From the NCBI GenBank assembly GCA_965223845.1, contig CBDCXR010000004.1:4896001-4960000 (forward strand): DNA of 64,000 nucleotides, in the 5' to 3' direction. Below are positions 37,768 to 46,355 of the stretch, one piece after another. This stretch comes from Planctomycetota bacterium. Its GTDB lineage: Bacteria > Planctomycetota > UBA8108 > SXIK01. How positions within the stretch are numbered: the first letter of the stretch is position 1; the number at the start of each line of letters is the position of its first letter. The notes beneath the pieces are model-generated. The model saw only the letters and a list, made by a program, of their open reading frames with translations, was not told the DNA's origin and made no database searches. The position numbers and the translations under genes were made by a program.

Positions 37768-39312
37768 CTACCGCGGCTCGCAGGACAAGCCGTCGCTCGT
37801 CGGGTCGACGCCCGGCACTCCGGTAGGCTCCGGAAGCGGCAGCCCTCCGCCGAAGAGAGCGCCGAGGATCGCCGAGGCGTCCGCGATGTTCATCGCGCCG
37901 TCGTCGTTAGCGTCCGCGGCGTCCCGACAGCTCGTGGGTTCACCGTCGACAAAGAGCTCGTTGAGAATGAAGACCGCGTCCGCCAGATTGACGGAGTCGT
38001 CCTGGTTCGCGTCGCCACGGAGGAACTTCGGGGTGCTGCTCGCCCGCAGCTTTGCGACCAGCGCTCGCTGGCCCGCGTCATCGCTTTCCTCACAGTCCGC
38101 GATGCACGCGGCGAATTCGTCCTCGAGCCTTCGAAAGCACTCTTCGTCGACGTCGCCGGCAGCGGTGATCTCACAATCCGCGAGCGCCTCGAGCGCTTCC
38201 GAGCATCCCGCGAGGCAGTCGCTCGACGCGGGCAGCCCGGGAAACTCCGGGATCTCCACTCCACAAGCTTCGAGACACTCGAGATAGGCGCCATCGATCG
38301 CAGCGAAGCACGCGTCGTCCGCCGCCCCGGTTTCGGGGTCGAAGCACTCTTCGAACGCGAGGGCGAACGATTCGTCGCACTCCCCTACGCAAGGAGACGG
38401 GGGCACGTCGGGGATCTCGACGACCACATCGCAACCTTCGAGACAGCGAACGAAATCCTCTTCCGCCAACCGGAAGCACTCGCCATCGGGATCGTCCGGT
38501 TGACCATCCCCGTCGGCGTCGGCCTCCATGCACGACTCGATCGTCCGCGAGAAGCGTAGATCGCACTCGGTTACACACGAATCCGGCGTCGGCAGAGGAG
38601 GAACCGCGACGCCGCAGTCGCCCAGACAGCCCGCGTAGGTCGAGAACGCTGCGTCGATGCACTCGCCCGTTTCACACGCGGCAAGAGAGACGCTGAGGAC
38701 GAGATCGCACTCCGACGCACACCGAACTTCGGGAGGGATCTCGACCCCGCACTCCTCGAGACAATCCTCGAGCTGCGAGTGTGCGGCTTCTGCACACGCG
38801 GGATCCACCACGCCGGCCGCACTGATGCACGGCTGTAGCCGTTCGAAATAGGCGCGATCACATTCGGACACGCAGCGGATCTCTTCGGGGATGCACGCCT
38901 CAGCGCACTCGGCGAAGGCCATCTCCGCGCTCACGAAGCACTCTTCGTCCGGTTGTCCGTCGTCACCGTGGCATTCTTCGAACGCGAGAATGAACGCTTC
39001 CTCGCACGCGAGCATGCAGCGAACTTCGGGAGGAGGCTCCATCGGTTCACACACCGATACACACTCGAGGAAGGCTTCGTCCGCGCTCGCGAGACACTCT
39101 TCGTCGACCTGGCCTGCCTCGTCGACACACGCCTCGAACTGCACTCGATACGCTTCTTCGCACGCGACGAAGCAGTCGTCGGCTGGGATCACGACCGGTC
39201 CACCGGGGATTACGCCACCGGGGATTACGCCCAGTCCACCGGGAAAAGCCTGAGCCGTCGCGACCGCGGGCCAACAGAGGAGGAGTGCGGTGAGGATCCG
39301 TCGTGCTGTCAT
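37768..39312 (-). CDS. Secreted acidic Cys-rich repeat protein (7 six-Cys repeats) with C-terminal dockerin-like module
   Basis: GGAG RBS; signal peptide MTARRILTALLLCWPAVATA; Cx3Cx9-10C..Cx10Cx3C repeats; FLRGDANQDD...CRDAADANDDG tail. Confidence 0.88.
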   Translation of the reverse strand: MTARRILTALLLCWPAVATAQAFPGGLGVIPGGVIPGGPVVIPADDCFVACEEAYRVQFEACVDEAGQVDEECLASADEAFLECVSVCEPMEPPPEVRCMLACEEAFILAFEECHGDDGQPDEECFVSAEMAFAECAEACIPEEIRCVSECDRAYFERLQPCISAAGVVDPACAEAAHSQLEDCLEECGVEIPPEVRCASECDLVLSVSLAACETGECIDAAFSTYAGCLGDCGVAVPPLPTPDSCVTECDLRFSRTIESCMEADADGDGQPDDPDGECFRLAEEDFVRCLEGCDVVVEIPDVPPSPCVGECDESFALAFEECFDPETGAADDACFAAIDGAYLECLEACGVEIPEFPGLPASSDCLAGCSEALEALADCEITAAGDVDEECFRRLEDEFAACIADCEESDDAGQRALVAKLRASSTPKFLRGDANQDDSVNLADAVFILNELFVDGEPTSCRDAADANDDGAMNIADASAILGALFGGGLPLPEPTGVPGVDPTSDGLSCEPR

Positions 39313-39525
39313 ATTCGTTCTCTCCGGTACGAGGAGCAGGTCTCAACAAGTCTGGTCATTCGCCGTCGGCGCGCGGCTCGCAGCGCCGACCGATCTGCCG
39401 AGCACCGGCGCCGAAATGTGCTCGGCGATTCTAAGAAGAAGAGCCCGCCGGCAGACGGAGCGTCTCAACCTAGTTCGGCGTCGATCAGGAAAAGTCTCGA
39501 GCGTGTTCACGATCAGTCCTACGCA

Positions 39526-42489
39526 TCATTCCTCGCGACGCATCGCGGTAACGACGACTTCCTGTCGCCAAATCCCATCTACAAGCGTGCAGTGCGCACG
39601 TTCGAGCGCCGGCAGATCGAGGACGAGGCGCGCAGTGCCGAGCGGTTCGCCCTCCGCTCCGAGAAAGAGCACGTGGTCGCCGGGTGGCAGCGCGCGAACG
39701 TCGATTTCGCCGTCCGCATCGGTCACTCCGACCGGAAGCGCGGCTTGCGCGGCCTGCGCGCTGAACGGCCAGCCGACGAACACGCCGCATCGCGTCCTCG
39801 GACTCCCGTCTGGCCCGGAGACGCGGAGGCGATGCGACTCGCGGGGGATCGCGTCGAGGGTGACGGCGATCGAGCGCTCGCGAACTCCCGCCGGGAGATC
39901 GAGTTCCGTCCAGCGATACCCGTCCGGTCGGATCACGATCGTTCCCGATTCGAACTCGCGTGCAGCCACGCGCTGGTCGGCGAAGAAGCGCCGGCCACTC
40001 GTGTTTCGCCCGAGCATCCCCGAATGGACGGCCCCGGCCGAGGATATGAGATCGACGCCGGTCAGAGCGCGCACACTTCGCCCGCCCTCATCGACGAGGT
40101 CGAGGTCGAGATCGATCCCGGCCGCGCGATCGGCGGCGACGATCGTCAAGCCCTCACCTGCTCCACGCTCGATATCGATCGTGAGGACGCCGCCGAGGGT
40201 CGAATCCACTACGAACGCGGCGCGGCCAACCGACTCGAGCTCGCCGAGAGCGATCACCTCATCCGGCGCAAACGCGGTCAGAAACACCTCTGCGCGCGCG
40301 AAGACCGTCGAGTCCGCTCCGTCCGCGTGCGGCGCCTCGCGAGAGATGATCGACGGGACACCGCGAAAGCGAAACGCCCCATCGGCACCGGTTTTCGTTC
40401 GTCCGGAGACGGATTCGATTCCATCTGCCCACACGGAGCCGAGGTGAAGCGTCATGCCGGCAAGGGGAGCACCGGATGGCGACACGGCGAGACCCGTCAG
40501 CTCGGCACCGCGCTCGAGCGCGATTTCAAACGTGCGGTCCTCGGTCGGATCGACGCGCTCGAGGTGGTTTACGAACGCAGGGTGATAGACGAAGAAGTAG
40601 AGCTCGTCTCCGCGCGGATCGACCGGGCCGAGCTCGAACTCTCCCGCCTCATCGAGCGTCGCGCGAGAGAGAGGCTTCAGCCGCCGCTCCCCGCGACCCT
40701 GCTTCGGGATTCCCGCGGTATTCAACGACGAGATCGGTCCATCCGCATCCTGCGCGGGGCCATCGGGACACATCAGGAACACGACGGCACGGCGTGCCGC
40801 CGCCCCATTCGGCGTGGTCACTCGTCCGCGAACGCTAAGGCCATCCGGAAGCACGAACCGCCACACCCCACTCTCCGGCGGGCGGCCGCTCCTCACGACC
40901 GCCGGAAAGAGTTCGTGCTGGAACCGAATGCGAGCGTCTTCGTCGAGAGCCATTCCTCCGAGTGAGCATCGACCGGTTCGATCGGTCGTCGCCGTCCAGT
41001 CGACTCGACGCGACTCGCTCGTGGTGACCTTGATTCGACAATCGGGAATCGGATCCCCGCGTTCGTCGAGAACGATCAGCTCGACGGCGCGGCCGGTCCG
41101 AAGCGCGATCGTCGTCGCGGGCGGTCGTGCGGGAACGCGAACGGCAGCGTAGCCCTCGGTGTCGATATCGATCCACGTCGTTTCGAGGCGATCGGGGTAG
41201 ACGAACTCTCCCCGGGAGTCGGTCGTGTAGAGCGAGCGTTCGATCGCGACGCGAGCGGGGAATCGCTCGTCCAGAAACACATCGAGACCTGCGACCGGCG
41301 AGCCATCGGGACCGACCACTCGCACCCGCGCGTCGTTCGTACGCGCGAGAGCGATCTCGAGACGACCGCGCGGAGAGCTCGCGGCGGAAGCGGAATCGTC
41401 GGGGCGCAGATCTCGGAGGCGCGCGGCTTCGCGGTACTCGCGAAATCCTGGCGCCAGCACGAGGATCCCTTCGCGGCGGAGGATCTCGGCGGGAACTTCG
41501 AGCTCACCGCGCGCATCGGTCGTTCCGAGCTCCGATGCGAGGGGCTGCCGACGAGTTTTCGAGAACACGCGGGCACCCTCGACCCGAGCTCCCGATTCAG
41601 AATCGACCACGCGAATCTTCGGAGCCGCCGGGGCATCGACGAACGCCGTGTCCCCGCGGTCTCCGCGATTCACAACCTCCGCTTGTATCGACGGACGAGC
41701 TGTTTCGAACGCGACGGGAGGCCTGGGAGATCCTTCGCGCTTCGCGCCGGCTCCTGACGACGCGCGCGGCGACGCCGACGAATGATGCGCGACCGCGATG
41801 GCGACCGCGACGGTCGCTAGGCCGAGGAGAACGAACGAACCGATCGTTGCGGTCGGCGTTCTGGGCCCGGAACTCGACGAGGGCGCGCTCCGGGAGGATG
41901 CCGGATCCCCGTGCGCGACGGAGGGAGTGAGCGGCGGCAGAAGGCACTCGCCCGGGAGGACGAGTGGGAGAAGCCGAGCCATCCACTTCTCTCGGCCGTG
42001 GCGCCGCGAAAGCGAGGCCCGCAGCCGCTCGAGGCCGCGCGCGAGCTGCGTCCGCACCGTCGAGTCGGGAATCCCGAGCTCGCGTGCGATCTCGGCGAGC
42101 GGTCGTTCGTCGAAGTAATGAAAGTAGACAACGGTTCGGTACGGCTCGTCGAGTTCGCGCACTGCGTCCGCAAGCAGGCTCTGCGTCTCGAGGCGCTCGG
42201 CGACGCTGTCACCGGCGCGTACGGAGTCCGGTTTTCCGGCCGCCCGCTCGCGCCTCGTTCGACGACGCTCCGATCGGTTGGCGCGAAATGCCAAGGATCG
42301 AACGACCGTCCGCAACCACGCCTGAAGCGCGGCCGGCTTCGACGGCGGTCGCCGGAGTGCGGTGATCCACACTTCCTGAACGACATCGTCCGCGAGACTC
42401 TCGTCGTAGAGTAGCCGACGAGCGAGTCGGCGCACCCAAGTTCCGTTCTCTAGGAGAGTGCGAATCTCTTGCTGGTCGCCTCGGTTCAT
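39526..42489 (-). CDS. ECF sigma factor fused to a TM helix and a large extracytoplasmic domain with carboxypeptidase-regulatory-like repeats
   Basis: Sigma region 2 (ADDVVQEVW..AWLRTV) and region 4 HTH (LAEIARELGIPDSTVRTQLARG); TM FVLLGLATVAVAIAVA; about 6 TTDxxGxF-type repeats. Confidence 0.88.
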   Translation of the reverse strand: MNRGDQQEIRTLLENGTWVRRLARRLLYDESLADDVVQEVWITALRRPPSKPAALQAWLRTVVRSLAFRANRSERRRTRRERAAGKPDSVRAGDSVAERLETQSLLADAVRELDEPYRTVVYFHYFDERPLAEIARELGIPDSTVRTQLARGLERLRASLSRRHGREKWMARLLPLVLPGECLLPPLTPSVAHGDPASSRSAPSSSSGPRTPTATIGSFVLLGLATVAVAIAVAHHSSASPRASSGAGAKREGSPRPPVAFETARPSIQAEVVNRGDRGDTAFVDAPAAPKIRVVDSESGARVEGARVFSKTRRQPLASELGTTDARGELEVPAEILRREGILVLAPGFREYREAARLRDLRPDDSASAASSPRGRLEIALARTNDARVRVVGPDGSPVAGLDVFLDERFPARVAIERSLYTTDSRGEFVYPDRLETTWIDIDTEGYAAVRVPARPPATTIALRTGRAVELIVLDERGDPIPDCRIKVTTSESRRVDWTATTDRTGRCSLGGMALDEDARIRFQHELFPAVVRSGRPPESGVWRFVLPDGLSVRGRVTTPNGAAARRAVVFLMCPDGPAQDADGPISSLNTAGIPKQGRGERRLKPLSRATLDEAGEFELGPVDPRGDELYFFVYHPAFVNHLERVDPTEDRTFEIALERGAELTGLAVSPSGAPLAGMTLHLGSVWADGIESVSGRTKTGADGAFRFRGVPSIISREAPHADGADSTVFARAEVFLTAFAPDEVIALGELESVGRAAFVVDSTLGGVLTIDIERGAGEGLTIVAADRAAGIDLDLDLVDEGGRSVRALTGVDLISSAGAVHSGMLGRNTSGRRFFADQRVAAREFESGTIVIRPDGYRWTELDLPAGVRERSIAVTLDAIPRESHRLRVSGPDGSPRTRCGVFVGWPFSAQAAQAALPVGVTDADGEIDVRALPPGDHVLFLGAEGEPLGTARLVLDLPALERAHCTLVDGIWRQEVVVTAMRREE

Positions 42490-42501
42490 ATCCCGTGCTC
42501 G

Positions 42502-43428
42502 TCAGCAGGACTCTCCGTCGCAGTAAGGAAGATCGTCCGCACGTTCGTCGGCGCCGCATTCGCCAACGACCACGAAGGCGCCGGCTCCCTCGAAGAGACG
42601 AGAGAGGACGAGCACCGGATCGTTGATCGCAACTCCGCCGTCGTCGTCGGCGTCGGCCGCATCGAGACAGCGCACCGAGTCTCCTTGTCCCGCGAAGAGA
42701 TACGTTAGAACGCGGATCGCATCGGCGATGCTGACTCGCCCGTCGTCGTTGGCATCGCCGCGGACGAAGCGCGGCTCGATGGGAGCGGTGATCTCGACGT
42801 CGATGCAGGTCGGCTCCGCGAAGCTGAAGAGTCCGTCCGACTGCTCGGCATCGTCTTCGCCGTCGTCGTCATCGTCGCCGGTCTCGCCCTCCTCTTCGGG
42901 CGGCTCGTAGTCTTCGGTTTCCTCCATGAGAACACACGTCCGTACCGGGTCGGGCGCGATCGCCCGACAGTGAACGATGAGCCACTCCGTGCCGTAGCGC
43001 GCGCTCTCGAACGGATCGTCGAGGACCATCACCGAAGTCAGCCGTCGTCCTCCCGGATAGATGATGATGTCGCACGCCGGAGGATCGCCGTTTTCCTCGA
43101 CGTACGCCCGGAGCGCTGCGCCCGGGGACCACGACAGGAACTCCGCGTGCCCCGGTGCCGTCGCGGCGCGGAATCCGACGAAGACGATCGGTCCGTAGGT
43201 CGTCGCGTTGACGACGAGATCGAATCGCTCACCGCTCGCCACGGTCACCGGAGGAACGTCGAGGGTCACTCCGCCACCCCGGAACGGGGCCGTATCCGCT
43301 CCGTTGACTCCCGTCGTCGCCGAAAGCGCGACGAGGATCGCGAGCGCGATCGGCACCGCCGACGAAGCCGCTGTCGCTCGCGCTCGGACCGTCTTTCTTC
43401 CTCCCACCGTAAAGCTCGTTCTCTGCAT
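42502..43428 (-). CDS. Secreted protein: cohesin-like domain, acidic linker, dockerin-like module
   Basis: Hydrophobic signal; VTLDVPPVTVASGERFDLVV; D/E-rich linker; FVRGDANDDG...CLDAADADDDG; ends 12 bp upstream of the ECF start. Confidence 0.8.
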   Translation of the reverse strand: MQRTSFTVGGRKTVRARATAASSAVPIALAILVALSATTGVNGADTAPFRGGGVTLDVPPVTVASGERFDLVVNATTYGPIVFVGFRAATAPGHAEFLSWSPGAALRAYVEENGDPPACDIIIYPGGRRLTSVMVLDDPFESARYGTEWLIVHCRAIAPDPVRTCVLMEETEDYEPPEEEGETGDDDDDGEDDAEQSDGLFSFAEPTCIDVEITAPIEPRFVRGDANDDGRVSIADAIRVLTYLFAGQGDSVRCLDAADADDDGGVAINDPVLVLSRLFEGAGAFVVVGECGADERADDLPYCDGESC

Positions 43429-43770
43429 ATATCGATTCCTGTTCGATCTCGATCCATTGCCGTGGAGCGTCGCCCGGAGAAAGCGCCTCCGAGAAAAGAG
43501 CCCGCCGATCTCGCCGCCGTCTCAGCATTTTCTCGTTCTCTTCGGGAGCCTCTCTCGTGGTCGATTGTGCGGCGTGAGTGCCGCTCTCGCGACACTGGAC
43601 CGGCGTACTTTCACCGAATCACCGGTCGACCGGCGAACTCCGGCGCCGGCGAGCCGCTCGGCGGGTGTAGCCGCGAGTTCGCGACGCGACTACACTCGAG
43701 CCGATCGTCGCGCGCGGTCCACCACCTCGCCGCGAGTTCGACTTCCGCCGAACCGGTATGGAGCCGGTGC

Positions 43771-45108
43771 ATGCCCTCAACTCGTAGCGCGGCGCGAGCA
43801 GCTCTCGTCGTCCTCGCAGTCTCGGCCCCGGCCGGCCGCCTCCAGGCGATCGCACCGTCTTATTCGCTCGCGCTCTCAGGCCCCGAGCGGGTCGTCGGCG
43901 AGCCGGGAGAGGTCATCGAGATTCCGTTTCTCCTCGGCCTCGAAACGGAGGCCCCCGACGGACTTCGCCTCCGCGAAGTTGCGATCGCGCTCCGGACGGA
44001 CGCGGGAGAGATCGCCGCGATCGATCTCTCGGGGACCACCACGGAGGAGCTTCTCGCTCCCGGGCACGAGCTCGTCGCCCACGTCGGCTCGATCGATTCG
44101 ACGACCGGCGACGGAACGGCCCTTCTCCGCGTTCGCCTCTCCGGAGATGACCGAGGCGTGGTCTTTCCGCGCTCCGCTCTCGTCGCGCGCGTCGTCGTCG
44201 CCGTGCGGATTCCCCAGCGCGGCCAAGAAACGATCGCGGCGGTCACGATCGCAAGTTCGTACGAGAATGACGGCGGAATGGCAACGCCCACGCGCGGCAT
44301 CGACGAGAGCGGACAAGTGGCGCTGCTGTCCCTTCCACCCCCCGCCGAGCTCGAACGCTTTCCGTGCGGTCACCGCATCGGATTTCAGGGGCCGGTCGCC
44401 GGCGGCGACGGTACACGCGAGACGTACGAGCTCACTCTGAGCGGGGAGAGAGAAGAGGTCCTCGGTTACAGCATCGCGGTGAGTCTCGTCGGCGGGGGTA
44501 CGATTCACGGCATCGGGATCGAGGGCACCGACGTCGAGCCCCTCATGGACGAGGGGTTCGTGACAGCGGAAGTCGGCGCGCGATCACCGCATCACGAACG
44601 AAGCGGTGCCGTTCTCGTCGTCGTTCCGTCGTTAGGGGGCGCCGTCGTGCTCCCCGCCGTCGCGACGATCGGAGTCGTGACCGTGGATCCCGAGCCGGAA
44701 GATCTCCGCTACGAGCCCTCGCTCACGCTCCCGAACAGCGCGCGCAGTGTCGACACCGTTCTCACGGTCGGATCCGGCAATCACTATCCCTGCACGGCGA
44801 CACTCCGCGCGCCGGAGCCGCCGCCCCCCGAGCGTTTCCGCCGAGGCGATGCGAACGGCGACACCGCGGTCAACATCGCCGACGCGCTTCGCATTCTGAT
44901 CTACCTCTTCGGGGACGGCGCCGCATTCCCCTGCGACGACGCGAGCGACAGCAACGACGACGGACAGATCAATATTTCGGACGGCGTAACGATCCTCAAC
45001 AAGCTGTTCGGCGGAGACTCGCCCGAGTTCGCGGCGCCGGGGCGTCACACATGCGGGCCCGATCCGACTGCGGACGCGCTCGGCTGCGCCGAAACTCCGT
45101 GCGATTGA
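43771..45108 (+). CDS. Secreted protein: two cohesin-like segments plus dockerin-like module
   Basis: Signal MPSTRSAARAALVVLAVSA; GEPGEVIEIPFLL and EVLGYSIAVSL..IGIEGTD beta-rich segments; FRRGDANGD...CDDASDSNDDG tail. Confidence 0.78.
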   Translation: MPSTRSAARAALVVLAVSAPAGRLQAIAPSYSLALSGPERVVGEPGEVIEIPFLLGLETEAPDGLRLREVAIALRTDAGEIAAIDLSGTTTEELLAPGHELVAHVGSIDSTTGDGTALLRVRLSGDDRGVVFPRSALVARVVVAVRIPQRGQETIAAVTIASSYENDGGMATPTRGIDESGQVALLSLPPPAELERFPCGHRIGFQGPVAGGDGTRETYELTLSGEREEVLGYSIAVSLVGGGTIHGIGIEGTDVEPLMDEGFVTAEVGARSPHHERSGAVLVVVPSLGGAVVLPAVATIGVVTVDPEPEDLRYEPSLTLPNSARSVDTVLTVGSGNHYPCTATLRAPEPPPPERFRRGDANGDTAVNIADALRILIYLFGDGAAFPCDDASDSNDDGQINISDGVTILNKLFGGDSPEFAAPGRHTCGPDPTADALGCAETPCD

Positions 45109-45210
45109 GACGAAGCTCATCTCGAACCTTGCGGAGAGCGGCAAAGAGCGCCTAGCCACTTCGGCTTTCGCAACGTCGGGGCAAATCTCGTCGATCTCTC
45201 GCTCGGCGGA

Positions 45211-46206
45211 TCAACGCGGAAGATCGAGCAGATCCTTCATCGCGCGCCCCATAGCGTCGCCGATGAGGAAGTAGCTCTCGGCGTTACCGAACCAGTGGTG
45301 ACCGTGTCCGACGTTCGGCGAGTCTTCGGCCTTCCGGAGAAACGCACGCGTCTCGACGAACGCGACCGATTCGCGGAACTCCTTTCGCTTCGCAACCGCT
45401 CTCTGCGCGTTCCGGAGCTTCAGTTGATCCGCGTTGCCGGTTTCACCGATCACTACGGGAAGCCGGGGCGCACCGAGCTCGTCTCTCACGTCGCGGATGA
45501 GATGCGCGAGGTTCTCCTCGTAGGCGTCGAGCGCTCCTTCGGTCACCATATCGTTCCATCCTTGGAACCAGACGAAACCGGCGAACTCGTGCTCGCGTCC
45601 AGCGCACTCCGGAAGCTCGGCTTCGAGTCGTTCGAGCGTTTGGCGGATCTCCGTGATCATCTTCTTGTAGAACGGTCCGACGTCGCCGCCCGCGCTCGGC
45701 GGACGAAAGTCGCGGTGGAGGCTCTTCCCGCCCCACGCGGTCTTGATGAGGAGAATCGGCTCGGCGATCGCGTCGCCGAGGACGTGGCCGAATTGGAGCT
45801 CCGGGCCGAAGTGATGCTTCCCCTCGTAGGCGCCGAATCCGATCGATAGACGTCCGGCCTTGAGCGCACCTTTCGTCGGCTGATAGCGCACCCAAACATC
45901 GTCGCGGACGGTCCAACGACCGTCCCTCTGTCGCAAGTGCGCGAGACGCTTCGCCTTCGTCGGATCCTTCAAAAGGTGCTTCAAGGTTCCCCGGCCGCCG
46001 TTGTAGTACTTCTCGTGATCGAGATCGACGACGGCCTGCCCTTCCATGTTCGACTGGCCGGCAAGGACGAAAACCTTGAGCGGCTTCTTCGCCGCGCCGG
46101 CGCTCGCGGTGGGCTTGTCGACCTCGCGAGCCAGGGGCCGCGCGGACGAAGCGAGCGCGAGCACGCAAAGGCCGCAAAGAAGCGCGTACTCCGCCTTCCT
46201 TCGCAT
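45211..46206 (-). CDS. Sialate O-acetylesterase-like SGNH hydrolase (SASA domain)
   Basis: VFVLAGQSNMEG, FGPELQFG, IKTAWGGKSL, GFVWFQGWND; GAGG RBS before ATG 46206. Confidence 0.88.
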   Translation of the reverse strand: MRRKAEYALLCGLCVLALASSARPLAREVDKPTASAGAAKKPLKVFVLAGQSNMEGQAVVDLDHEKYYNGGRGTLKHLLKDPTKAKRLAHLRQRDGRWTVRDDVWVRYQPTKGALKAGRLSIGFGAYEGKHHFGPELQFGHVLGDAIAEPILLIKTAWGGKSLHRDFRPPSAGGDVGPFYKKMITEIRQTLERLEAELPECAGREHEFAGFVWFQGWNDMVTEGALDAYEENLAHLIRDVRDELGAPRLPVVIGETGNADQLKLRNAQRAVAKRKEFRESVAFVETRAFLRKAEDSPNVGHGHHWFGNAESYFLIGDAMGRAMKDLLDLPR

Positions 46207-46355
46207 GGCGAGTTCCTCTCGTTTCATTGCTGAGGCCCGATCGGCGCCGACCGGCGTTGAGGTTCGTACAAGGAGCGAGTCTAATCGAGTCCGAGACGCG
46301 CGCAATGCCCTCTGCCGCGCGCGAGAGTCGCATTCCACCTACAGGCCTTTCAACT

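Noticed and set aside
37768-39312. Multihaem cytochrome or ferredoxin call for the Cys-rich protein
   Set aside because: There are no CxxCH or CxxCxxC motifs, and the Sec-type signal with an even Cys count per repeat favours disulfides.
38953-40965. Long antisense ORFs (670 aa here; also 8945-10789, 11826-13607, 20968-22530, 48204-49781, 62595-63980)
   Set aside because: They mirror well-supported genes on the other strand and lack motifs; stop-poor antisense frames are expected in high-GC DNA.
42970-43770. N-terminal extension of the 712-aa ORF
   Set aside because: It overlaps the minus-strand gene and the intergenic gap; a credible signal peptide begins at ATG 43771.
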